Assembly (NCBI GenBank): GCA_036479435.1
Contig: JAZGFI010000295.1
Location: 1-20,222 of the forward strand
Source: Planctomycetota bacterium
GTDB lineage: Bacteria > Planctomycetota > GCA-002687715 > DRQF01
DNA: 20,222 bases
Direction of reading: 5' to 3'
Below, one piece after another: positions 1 through 8,548 of the stretch. The notes below the pieces were generated by a model that ran no database searches, had not been told where the DNA came from, and saw nothing but the letters and a program-made list of their open reading frames with translations. Every line of letters starts with the position of its first letter. Within the stretch, counting starts at the first letter, position 1. The position numbers and the translations under genes were made by a program.

Positions 1-11
1 TAGTTTTGGAC

Positions 12-49
12 CGGGTCAAAGACTTGATGAGTCTCAAGTCTTCGACCCG
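12..49 (-). terminator. Long stem-loop just downstream of lat (putative terminator or mRNA-stabilising hairpin)
   Basis: 16-bp inverted repeat, 12-27 with 34-49, 6-nt loop. The single A/C mismatch becomes a G-U pair on the minus-strand (lat) transcript. It lies 15 nt after the lat stop; no clear U-tract is visible. Confidence 0.55.
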
Positions 50-64
50 ACACCAAACTCGAAA

Positions 65-1378
65 CTAGAGCGAGGCACTGATCTCAGCGAGGGCCCGCTC
101 GACCGCAGCTTGGTCCATGTCGAGGACCGGGCGCGTTCGCATGCTCAAGTTGCCAGAAGTGAGCATGAGGACTTTGCGTTCGTAAAGACGGGCGCTGAAG
201 GCGTCGCGATCTTTTTCGTTGTCAAAGTCGAAGGCGAGCATGACCCCGCGTCCGCGGACGTTTTTGATCTTAGCGGTTTCCGAGGCGATCTTTTCTAGAC
301 CTGCCTGAAAAATAGCACCGACTTTGTTGACGTTGTCGAGCAGGTTGTCCTCTTTGATGATGCGGATGCACTGCTCAGACCGCACCATGTCAACGAGGTT
401 GCCGCCCCAAGTTGAGTTGATGCGGCTCGAGACCTGAAACACCGATTCTACTTCGTCGAGTCGCTTGTTAGCGGCGATGCCGCAAACCTGCGCCTTTTTG
501 CCGAAGCAGAAGATGTCGGGCTCGACTCCCAACTGCTCAAAGGCCCACCAAGTTCCGGTAAGGCCCATGCCGCACTGGACTTCGTCGAAGATCAAAAGGA
601 TGTCTTCACGGTCGCAGATGTCCCGCAATTCGCGTAAGAACTCGGCGCGGAAGTGGTTATCGCCACCTTCGCCCTGGATGGTCTCGATGAGAATGCCGGC
701 GATCTTGTCGGGGCGTTCGGCGATCGCGGTCCGAATGGCCTCGAGGCTGACTTTCTCAGACGCTTCGATGCCGGCGACGTCTCCAACGCATGTCGGCGTA
801 GGCGCGCGGGGCCAGTCGAATTTCGGGAAGTACTGGTACTTGCGCGGGTCGTTGGTGTTCGTGACCGTCAGGGTGTAGCCGGTGCGGCCATGAAAGGCGT
901 TTTCGAAGTGGAGGATTTGTAGGTCCTCGGTATCGGTGCCGCCCTTTGCAACGTTCTTGCGGTACTTCCAATCAAAAGCGGCCTTCATCGCGTTTTCGAC
1001 CGCGAGGCCTCCGCCCTCAACGAAGAAAAGGTGATTGCGATGGCTAGCAGGAATGGTGACTTCGGCGAATGTTTCGACGAAGTCTGCCATGGCCTGAGTG
1101 TAGACGTCCGAGTTGGTCGGCTTGACCAGCGCGATCATGGCGAGCTTTTCAACGAAAGCCGGGTCGGTCATCTTGGGGTGATTGAACCCCAAGGGCTGGC
1201 TCGCGAAGAAGCTGAACAAGTCGAGGTAGGTCTCCCCGGTTCGCGAGTCATGAATGTTGACGCCTTGGCTCTTTTCGTAGTCAAAGACGAGCGAAAAACC
1301 GTCAGCCAGCATGTACTTGCCGAGTTTTTCGTGGACATCACCGGGGGCGGTGCGGAATGGGTTTTTGGTGGTTTGCAT
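65..1378 (-). CDS. lat: L-lysine 6-transaminase (class III PLP-dependent aminotransferase)
   Basis: Class III motifs FHGRTGY, IETIQGEGGD, IFDEVQCG and PLP lysine in FGKKAQ, plus the Lat-typical SSRINSTWGGNLVDMVR. Start placed at ATG 1378 (MQTTK), preceded by GAGG, rather than at the TTG at 1405. Confidence 0.9.
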   Translation of the reverse strand: MQTTKNPFRTAPGDVHEKLGKYMLADGFSLVFDYEKSQGVNIHDSRTGETYLDLFSFFASQPLGFNHPKMTDPAFVEKLAMIALVKPTNSDVYTQAMADFVETFAEVTIPASHRNHLFFVEGGGLAVENAMKAAFDWKYRKNVAKGGTDTEDLQILHFENAFHGRTGYTLTVTNTNDPRKYQYFPKFDWPRAPTPTCVGDVAGIEASEKVSLEAIRTAIAERPDKIAGILIETIQGEGGDNHFRAEFLRELRDICDREDILLIFDEVQCGMGLTGTWWAFEQLGVEPDIFCFGKKAQVCGIAANKRLDEVESVFQVSSRINSTWGGNLVDMVRSEQCIRIIKEDNLLDNVNKVGAIFQAGLEKIASETAKIKNVRGRGVMLAFDFDNEKDRDAFSARLYERKVLMLTSGNLSMRTRPVLDMDQAAVERALAEISASL

Positions 1379-1541
1379 GATTGACCTCGCAGTTGGGTTC
1401 TGCAATCGCCGGGTAGGTTCGAGCCTGAGCGCTTAGCTCAGGGGAATCGAATCGTGTGGCGGACGGGCCCGCTGCGGTGCGAATTGCGGCCGCGGCAGGC
1501 GGGGTCTGGGCCTCGCACGCGACGTCGAAGCAGCCAGCTGA

Positions 1542-1570
1542 AAGATAGCAATCTGTCCTAAGGCGAACAA
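1542..1570 (-). promoter_or_regulatory. Putative sigma70-type promoter for lat
   Basis: Minus strand reads TTGTTC-17 nt-TATCTT, with TG at the extended -10 position (TGcTATCTT). Confidence 0.4.
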
Positions 1571-1602
1571 GAACGGCTAATTAGGGGCGCTGCCACCATC
1601 GG

Positions 1603-1654
1603 CAAAGTCCGGGAACTCCTGGCGCCACCAAAGTCCGGGAACTCCTGGCGCCAC
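1603..1654. repeat. Exact 26-bp tandem duplication in the lat/serA intergenic region
   Basis: caaagtccgggaactcctggcgccac occurs at 1603-1628 and 1629-1654. The second copy runs into a 9-bp hairpin (aactcctgg 1640-1648 with ccaggagtt 1654-1662). Confidence 0.9.
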
Positions 1655-1883
1655 CAGGAGTTGGAAGCGCCCATAGTGACCTTATTCTCGTCAAGCCGTT
1701 CCGTTTCGTCCGACGCAATCTTTCGACAGCGGAGGTCCTGGTTATCCTGCGCACGAAGATTGGACCTCGATCGGGTCATTTTGCCGCGACGGCGCGCCTG
1801 CGGTTTGGTCGCATCACCCGATTGAGATGGAGTGGTTACGTCGTCGACGCCTGCGCGGAGACGGCCCAAATCGGGCAACAAAA

Positions 1884-3464
1884 GTGAAGATTCTTGTCGC
1901 TGACAAACTGGACATCAAACACTTCAAGGCCTTAGAAGGCAGCGGCGTGGAGCCGGTCGATCGCATCGGCATTACGCCTGAAGAGCTGCTGAATGAAATC
2001 GGCGACTATGATGCCTTGGTCGTTCGTTCGCGGACGAAAGTGACGCCCGAAGTTCTGGCCGCGGGCACCAAGCTCAAAGTCGTGGGCCGCGCCGGTTCCG
2101 GGATCGACAACATCAACCTTGAAGCTGCGACCGATCGCGGCATTTTGGTGATGAACACTCCTGGTGCCAACAGCAACTCCGCTGCCGAACATGCCATCGC
2201 GATGATGATGGCGATGTGCCGCAATGTTGCGGCCGCCGATGCTTCTTTGCGATCTGGAAAGTTCGAGAAGGCGAAGTTTACCGGTGTCGAAGTCAAAGGC
2301 CGTCGCCTCGCCGTGCTCGGCTTGGGTAAGATCGGTGGTCTTGTCGCCCAAAAGGCCATTGGCCTCGGGATGAAGGTCGCGGGATACGACCCGATGACCA
2401 CCGCGGCTGCGGCTTCGCAAATGGGCATTGAACTCGTCGAGCTCGAGGATGCGGTTGGCTTTGCCGACATCATCTCCTTGCATGTGCCCCTCACCAAACA
2501 AACCAAGCATCTCGTCAATGCCGAGCTGATGGAACGGATGAAGCCGGGAGTTCGCATTATCAACTGCGCGCGCGGCGGGATCATCGACGAAGATGCCCTG
2601 CATCAGGCTCTTGTCAAAGGACATGTGGCGGGCGCAGCGCTTGACGTCTTTGAAGTCGAGCCACCGGAAGGCTCGCCGCTTTTGGACTTGCCTCAAGTGG
2701 TGGTGACGCCTCACCTCGGTGCCTCCACCATCGAGGCTCAAGAAGCCGTAGCCCTCAGAGTCTTGGAACAGGTCCGCGATTTCCTCACCGGCAAAGCCAC
2801 AGTGGGTGCCATCAACGGTTTGGCCCTGGACGAAGGCACTCGCGACGACATCGCGCCCTTCTTGAAGCTCGCTGAACGCCTCGGCGTTATCTTGTCCGGC
2901 ATCCAACAGGGTCCCGGCAAGTTGACCGCCCGTTATTTTGGTCATATCCCCAGCAAAAACGTACGCGCCCTCACCTCGTATTCTTTGAAGGGCCTTCTGC
3001 GCCAATTTCTCGGCGACGAAGTCAACGAACTCAGCTCCTTCGAAAAAGCCCGCACCCGCGGCATCGAAGTCGAAGAGATCACGCGCGACGAGCACAAATC
3101 GTTCCAGGCTCTTATCGAGTTCAGCCTCGAAGCCGACGGGCGCAAGACCTCCGTCGCGGGCACCGTGTTCGGCAAAAACAACCTGCGCCTGGTCCGTATC
3201 GACAAGTTTAACCTCGACGCCATCCCCGAAGGCTATATGCTCTTTGTGTCCAACGACGATGTTCCCGGCGTCATTGGCCGCATCGGGACCGCTTTGGGTG
3301 ATACTAAGATCAACATCGCCAACTTGTCCTTGGGACGCGAAACGAGCGGCGGTCGTTCTTTGGCCGTCTTCAATCTCGACAGCGCCCCCAGTGCCGATAC
3401 GCTTAAGTCATTCGAAGAATTAGAAGGCGTGCACGTCGTGCGCCTCGTCAAAACCGAAGCCTAA
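1884..3464 (+). CDS. serA: D-3-phosphoglycerate dehydrogenase, long form with ASB and ACT domains
   Basis: VRSRTKVT, GRAGSGIDNI, NAD-binding GLGKIG, INCARGGIIDE and catalytic TPHLGAST; C-terminal ACT domain (NDDVPGVIGRIG...INIANLSL). Start at GTG 1884 gives the typical N-terminus MKILVAD. Confidence 0.95.
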   Translation: MKILVADKLDIKHFKALEGSGVEPVDRIGITPEELLNEIGDYDALVVRSRTKVTPEVLAAGTKLKVVGRAGSGIDNINLEAATDRGILVMNTPGANSNSAAEHAIAMMMAMCRNVAAADASLRSGKFEKAKFTGVEVKGRRLAVLGLGKIGGLVAQKAIGLGMKVAGYDPMTTAAAASQMGIELVELEDAVGFADIISLHVPLTKQTKHLVNAELMERMKPGVRIINCARGGIIDEDALHQALVKGHVAGAALDVFEVEPPEGSPLLDLPQVVVTPHLGASTIEAQEAVALRVLEQVRDFLTGKATVGAINGLALDEGTRDDIAPFLKLAERLGVILSGIQQGPGKLTARYFGHIPSKNVRALTSYSLKGLLRQFLGDEVNELSSFEKARTRGIEVEEITRDEHKSFQALIEFSLEADGRKTSVAGTVFGKNNLRLVRIDKFNLDAIPEGYMLFVSNDDVPGVIGRIGTALGDTKINIANLSLGRETSGGRSLAVFNLDSAPSADTLKSFEELEGVHVVRLVKTEA

Positions 3465-3479
3465 TCCGAGAGGTTCGCC

Positions 3480-4697
3480 GTGATTCATCCATTCCGCGGA
3501 TTGCGATACGATCTCGCCAAGACCGGCGGTGATCAAAGTAAGCTCGTCACTCAGCCCTACGACAAGATCTCGCCTGGCCTGAAAGCCGAATACTTGGCCG
3601 CCAATCCGCACAATGTCGTGCGCCTCATTCGCGGCGAGTCCGGCCCCGAAGACCAGAGTTGGCACGCTGCCGCGGGCAAGACCCTGCGCGCTTGGATCGC
3701 CGAGGATATCCTTCGGCCCGATGACCAACCGGCCTACTATGTCTACCGGCAGCACTTCACCCTGCCCGATGGCCGCAAGGTCACGCGCTCTGGCGTGACG
3801 GGTATCTTTGACCTGCGCAAAAAAGACGCCGTCCGGCACCATGAACGCACCCACTCGAGTGCTCGCGTCGACCGCCGTCACCTCCTCGACCATACCGCCG
3901 CGCACTTCGGCCAGATCTTTATCCTGCGTCACCAAGGCCCGCCCTTTGACAATGCACTGTTGGATCTCGCCCAAGACGCCGTCGATGTCACCGAGCCCGA
4001 CGGCACGCGCCACGAGTTCTCTCGCCTCACTGACCCCGCGGCCTGTGCCTCACTCCAAGCGATCTACGACCAATCTGGCTTCGTCATCGCCGATGGTCAT
4101 CATCGCTTCACCGTGGCCGGACAGTACGCCGACGACTCCTCTCATGAGGGCGCCAACTTCGCCATGGTCACTTGCGTCGACCTCGAAGATCCGGGCCTCG
4201 TTGTTCTGCCGACGCACCGTATCCTCCACGGCTTGACCGACGACAAAAAGTCCGAACTTGCGGCCTTCATCGAGTCCCAGTCGACCGAGTCCATCTCTCT
4301 CGACCAGGGCTCCGAGGCTTTTGTTCAAGCCGTCGCCCAAGCCGGTGCCGGCACCATCGGCGTCGTGACCGAAAAGGGAGCCTTACTGTGGCGCCCCGAC
4401 AAGAGCGCTGCCAAGTCCGAACTCGAAAAGCTCGACGCCTACATCCTCGATAACGACGTTATCGCCCCCGCAACCAAGGGCCTCAACGAAGACCAAGCCC
4501 TCACCTACCGCCGCTCTGCTACCGCCGCGGTCAAAGACGTCAAAGAAAAGGGCGCCGATGCCGCCTTTCTCCTCAACGCCGTCCCGCCCCGCGACGTCAC
4601 CGACATCGCCGAAGTGGGCGGCATCATGCCTCCCAAGAGCACCGACTTTTTCCCCAAGATGCTCACCGGCTTCGTCATCTACGACACCAAGGCCTAA
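3480..4697 (+). CDS. DUF1015-family protein (ParB/Srx-like catalytic motif)
   Basis: N-terminal IHPFRGLRY and PYDKIS, HHERT, IADGHHR, VLPTHR, C-terminal MPPKSTDFFPKMLTG. It starts 15 nt after the serA stop with a GAGG RBS, and this family commonly lies next to serA. Confidence 0.88.
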   Translation: MIHPFRGLRYDLAKTGGDQSKLVTQPYDKISPGLKAEYLAANPHNVVRLIRGESGPEDQSWHAAAGKTLRAWIAEDILRPDDQPAYYVYRQHFTLPDGRKVTRSGVTGIFDLRKKDAVRHHERTHSSARVDRRHLLDHTAAHFGQIFILRHQGPPFDNALLDLAQDAVDVTEPDGTRHEFSRLTDPAACASLQAIYDQSGFVIADGHHRFTVAGQYADDSSHEGANFAMVTCVDLEDPGLVVLPTHRILHGLTDDKKSELAAFIESQSTESISLDQGSEAFVQAVAQAGAGTIGVVTEKGALLWRPDKSAAKSELEKLDAYILDNDVIAPATKGLNEDQALTYRRSATAAVKDVKEKGADAAFLLNAVPPRDVTDIAEVGGIMPPKSTDFFPKMLTGFVIYDTKA

Positions 4698-4716
4698 GCC
4701 TCTCCGCCAACAAACG

Positions 4717-4752
4717 AAAACGCCTGGCTCACTGCTAAGAGTGAGCCGGGCG
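4717..4752. terminator. Probable bidirectional intrinsic terminator between the convergent DUF1015 and fic genes
   Basis: 13-bp stem, cgcctggctcact (4721-4733) with agtgagccgggcg (4740-4752), including one G-U pair on the plus strand. The preceding aaaa gives a U-rich tail on the minus strand. Confidence 0.65.
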
Positions 4753-4799
4753 CCCTCGTATTATTTGGTCAAGGCGCCGCACTTGATGAACTAAATTCG

Positions 4800-6281
4800 T
4801 CAAATCCGGTCGCCATATTCCTTTATTGAAATAGCGATGGATGTGTCGAGCCAGCGGTCGAATGAGTCCTCGACGTCTGCGACCTTTGTCTTCCACGTTA
4901 GGATAAAGGGCTCGACGGAACAGGGAACGAAGTCGCGTGAAGCCGATCGGGAATCTTCGTCTTCGTAGTATTCGATCTTTGAGAACGCAGTGGCCTCTAT
5001 GATACCGCAAAGTTCCCTGCCGACATGGTGGAAAGAGACGACGAAAACGAGCCTTTCAGACGCGAATTTGATGGTGCCTTTAACGAAGAGATGGTCTTCC
5101 GAAAAGTTAATGAACTTTCCGGATTTCTCCGCGGACTCGATGACATCTCGCCTGTACCAATGGGCGTTGTCTTTGTCTCGCCCACCGCTGCCGACCCACA
5201 CTTTTGGGCGGGGAGTTGCAGGCAGGGCGGCTGCGAGATTGTTCAGAGCTTGATGGACGGCCATTTGAGCGCGTTCTCGAAGTGTCCGTCCGATTACGTC
5301 GACTCGTCGCAGTTCCTCGTCTTTCTCTTCTTGCCTACGCCCAAACTTCGCTCTTAGATTCTCAATCACGGCAGCGGTTACTGTTTGATGCTGAGCCATA
5401 TCTGCATCTGTGTTGACGCTCAAGCCCTGCAAGATAGCGTCGCGTTCCAACTTTGCGAATAGCGAAACGAGCTCGGTAAGGTCGCCAGTATCGGCGCTCT
5501 CGAGCGCCTTGATGTACTCTGATCTCATGTCTCGGTCGATAACCAGGGGCAAGAGATTGGCCTTCAGTAGAACCAGAGTTGTCAACGCTCTGCCGACGCG
5601 ACCGTTTCCGTCTTGATAGGGATGAATCTGCGTGAAGCAGTGGTGCAGCCATGACGCGACAACTACCGGATCTTCCTTCGCGTAGCTCTCGTAGTAGGCG
5701 ATCAGCCGGTCGATTTCTGCGTCGACTTGGATGGGCGGGCAGTATTCGTGCTTTGTACCGTCTTTTGTTCTTGGGTTATTCGGGAGTTTTTTGAATTGGC
5801 CCTTGAGCAGTTTGATCTCTACTCGCTTGCCGGTGTTCTCCTCCTTGGCGATCGTTGTGTCTTGATTCCGCATCAATATCGCGTGTAGTTCGTGAATCAA
5901 ACCCTTTGAGAGCCTTCGATTGCCCGCAACGACGTCGAGAACAATCTGGATCGCAGCCTCCTGGTCCCGAAGGATGTCAATGAGGTGAGACGGTTCGATA
6001 TTTGTACTACTTCGTGCGACGAGGTCTTCAGCGAATCCACTGGCGACAAGCGCTTCTGTCGTCCCCCGATCCAACTCGTACGCATGCTCAAGGATGCCGG
6101 TTTCAATCGTGAGCCGCCTCACGAGGCGTTGCGTAAAATCTTCGAGCTGAGCTTTGCTTGACTTGGCGAGCCGCTCTTTCGCTGCCCACCAAGTTTCGTA
6201 AAGCGAGTGGATGGAAGCGAGGTCGATAGCCCGATCGGAGTCCGAAAGACCCCTGATTCGTTGCCATTTAAAATCAGCCAT
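4800..6281 (-). CDS. Fic-domain protein with an uncharacterised C-terminal extension
   Basis: Catalytic motif HPYQDGNGRVGR matches HPFxDGNGRxxR. N-terminal TGILEH resembles the (S/T)xxxE(G/N) inhibitory helix. GGAG RBS upstream of the ATG. Confidence 0.9.
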   Translation of the reverse strand: MADFKWQRIRGLSDSDRAIDLASIHSLYETWWAAKERLAKSSKAQLEDFTQRLVRRLTIETGILEHAYELDRGTTEALVASGFAEDLVARSSTNIEPSHLIDILRDQEAAIQIVLDVVAGNRRLSKGLIHELHAILMRNQDTTIAKEENTGKRVEIKLLKGQFKKLPNNPRTKDGTKHEYCPPIQVDAEIDRLIAYYESYAKEDPVVVASWLHHCFTQIHPYQDGNGRVGRALTTLVLLKANLLPLVIDRDMRSEYIKALESADTGDLTELVSLFAKLERDAILQGLSVNTDADMAQHQTVTAAVIENLRAKFGRRQEEKDEELRRVDVIGRTLRERAQMAVHQALNNLAAALPATPRPKVWVGSGGRDKDNAHWYRRDVIESAEKSGKFINFSEDHLFVKGTIKFASERLVFVVSFHHVGRELCGIIEATAFSKIEYYEDEDSRSASRDFVPCSVEPFILTWKTKVADVEDSFDRWLDTSIAISIKEYGDRI

Positions 6282-6576
6282 CTTTCTACTCCGCCGATTT
6301 GGTGCCCGATCGTTATAGGGCCTTGCTCGGCAGGATTCCAGAGACTTCGAAACCGCGAATTTGGCTGTGCCCTGCCGCTACGATAAATCTCAAAGGGCGA
6401 CTCTCTTCGAGCACGGGTACTCGAGTCGAGAAACGAACAATTCGACGCCGTAGGTTCGTGCCGCTCCGGGTGCCAGAGACGTGATCTTTCACCACCGAGG
6501 GATGCAGACTTTTTTCGGTGCGCTGCCCGAGAAACTCAGAGAATTCAGCTATCCGCTGACATTCGTGTCGTCTTGA

Positions 6577-7911
6577 CTACCGTGGTTGTACCGCCGCGGT
6601 TTCCTTGGCTATCCGGCGATAAAGCCAAACACCCGCAGTTCGAGATCCCGTCGGTTGGAAGGTGCGGCGTTCCGCCCACACCTTGCCCCATGCCTCACGG
6701 TTTTCGCGGTAGGGTTTTAGCGCCCTCAGGATCTCAAAGGCCTTTCGGCCTTCTTCTTTGCTCATGTCGGAGGTGTCGGCGGCATGTTTGGAGAGGATGA
6801 CGTTCATTTCTTTGCTGAGCGAACTGGTCTTGGCGACCAGCTCCTTGAGGCGGGCCTTTTCTTTGACGTCTAGGATGCGTTTCTTCGGAGCGACGGAGCA
6901 GTAGCCGCCGACGAGAAGGTCAAGGTCGCCGTCGCCGTCGTAATCCACGGGGTCGGCGTAACAACCGCTATTGGGAAAGCGCAGGTCCGAGGGCTGGCAG
7001 ACGCCCGGAGAAATCAGGGCCACGGGCTTGGCAAACTTCGGCGCCTTTTTCTCACCGACATTGCGATAAAAGTAGACGCCACCTTTGAAGCTGCCACAGA
7101 CCAAGTCCTTAAGGCCGTCCGCATCCCAGTCGACTAAGCGAGGGGCGGTCAAGCCGCCCGGGACATTGAAGTCTTCGCCACCCGCGCGCAGCAGCTGGTT
7201 CGTCGTGTCAAATTTGGGCGACCCCGGCTTACCGTGATTCATGCGCAGGTAAAGCCGGCCTTCTTTGGCCCCCAACAGAATGTCGAAGTCGCCGTCCGCA
7301 TCCCAATCCCAAACCATCGCTGAAACACAGTGGTCTTTGGGATTTGATTGGCCCTCGGGGCTGCGCTTAGCATTTTTGTAGGTGTCCTCTTCCATGTCGT
7401 AGTAAAGCGACAAGACGAGGTATTCGCCAGCGGCATCGATCAAGTGCTCCGGTTTTCCCCAGCCCTTATGGCTTCCTCGCGAGATGAACACCGTGCCTTC
7501 ATAGGTCGCGGTAATGATGTCGGTATGACCGTCTGCGTCGAAGTCCACAAACTGTGGACACATCCCGATGCATCACCAGTTGTTGAACTTGAGTTTTTCG
7601 CCTTCGGCCTGAAGGAGCACCTGTTTTTGCCACTTGAGGCCATCTGCACTCGCCGTGCAGGCTCGCACCGTGCCGAAGATCTCCCCGAGCACCAACTCGC
7701 GTTTCCCGTCCCCGTCAAGGTCGTGCAAAACGGGCGAGGGATACATGAGATTGCTGATGGCCTTGCCGCCAGCCGTCAGTTCCACCGGCGCTGCGAAACT
7801 CTGCCCCTGAAGGGCTCGGTCATTCTGCTTCGTGGCATCGCCTTGAGCCGATTGAGCACTCAGCGAAGCGGTCAAAGAAAAAAGTAAAACCAGGGTCGTC
7901 GAAACTCTCAT
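6577..7911 (-). CDS. Secreted FG-GAP/VCBS-repeat beta-propeller protein, probable selenoprotein (444 aa, in-frame TGA at codon 113)
   Basis: ORFs 7573..7911 and 6577..7563 are in the same frame, joined by TGG TGA TGC ATC GGG ATG. Signal peptide MRVSTTLVLLFSLTASLSA, GAGAGG RBS, five DxDxDG repeats, and a SECIS-like hairpin directly after the TGA. Confidence 0.75.
7534..7572 (-). promoter_or_regulatory. Putative bacterial SECIS element
   Basis: After the UGA the mRNA reads UGC A UCGGG AUGU GUCCACA GUU UGUGGAC UUCGA C GCA. The upper stem is a perfect 7 bp starting 13 nt after the UGA, the apical loop begins GU, and a lower stem forms from UGC/GCA and UCGGG/UUCGA. Confidence 0.65.
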
Positions 7912-8065
7912 CCGTCACCTCTCACGCGGCAATACACAAGGCAGTCTCGCCTCAAATTCAAGATTGTGGCCAGGAACCCGAATCCTATCACAGAACCCCA
8001 GCCGCTTGCCGCATGAACTCTGAGTCGACACCTCCGAGTCCTTTTCCGCGACGATCCCTCGCGGA

Positions 8066-8500
8066 CTAGCGGTTCAAGGCAACTCTCGCTCGCCAGGCCA
8101 TCAAGTTGAGAACGACAGCGAATGCCAAGAAAACAAAGATGGCAACAATGTTCTCCAGCAAGGGCTCACCACGGCGAAAACTCTTGATGATATCTTGTAG
8201 AAGGCGCATCGCGCAGAAGAACGAGCCGAAGTGAATAGTCCACGCGGCGATCCTCGAACCCAAATCCGCTTGTCGCTTCATGACGACCATCGCTGCCACC
8301 AAAACGAGCGCGCAGTGCCCGTACAGCAAACTAGCCTCGACATGTCGGTCATTGGAAAACGCCGACATCCCCGAAAGCAGCCTCACCCCAATCGCTATGA
8401 CGGGCAAGCCAAAGATCGTCGTCGCGACGATGTAGACCGCCCATGGAACCGCCTTGTTCAGTTGACTTTTTCGCATCGGAGTCCCGGTTGCCGTGGGCAC
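8066..8500 (-). CDS. Hypothetical integral membrane protein (about 4 TM helices)
   Basis: Four hydrophobic segments; co-oriented with and 48 nt downstream of the 8549..10801 gene. The start is uncertain (GTG 8500 or ATG 8476). Confidence 0.6.
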   Translation of the reverse strand: MPTATGTPMRKSQLNKAVPWAVYIVATTIFGLPVIAIGVRLLSGMSAFSNDRHVEASLLYGHCALVLVAAMVVMKRQADLGSRIAAWTIHFGSFFCAMRLLQDIIKSFRRGEPLLENIVAIFVFLAFAVVLNLMAWRARVALNR

Positions 8501-8548
8501 CTAGCTTTCAAAGATTGATCGGAGTCGGATACTGAGGAGCGATCAAGT

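Noticed and set aside
1380..1560. Lysine riboswitch upstream of lat
   Set aside because: The conserved lysine-riboswitch core sequence and multi-stem layout are not recognisable.
1603..1662. CRISPR array
   Set aside because: Only two directly abutting copies, with no spacers and no cas genes.
1558..1881. 107-aa ORF in the lat/serA intergenic region, and short ORFs at 6299-6495, 10774-11007, 13446-13667 and 14917-15222
   Set aside because: No recognisable motifs or convincing RBS; they overlap repeats, promoter regions or neighbouring genes.
1932..3095. 387-aa minus-strand ORF, and similar antisense ORFs over lat, DUF1015 and SNF2
   Set aside because: These are antisense shadows of well-supported genes, expected from GC-rich codon bias, and carry no motifs.
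7573..7575. Genome-wide reassignment of TGA to Trp or Gly
   Set aside because: TGA ends other genes at natural C-termini (SNF2, fic, the TGATG overlap at 18572), and none of the other long genes contains an internal TGA.
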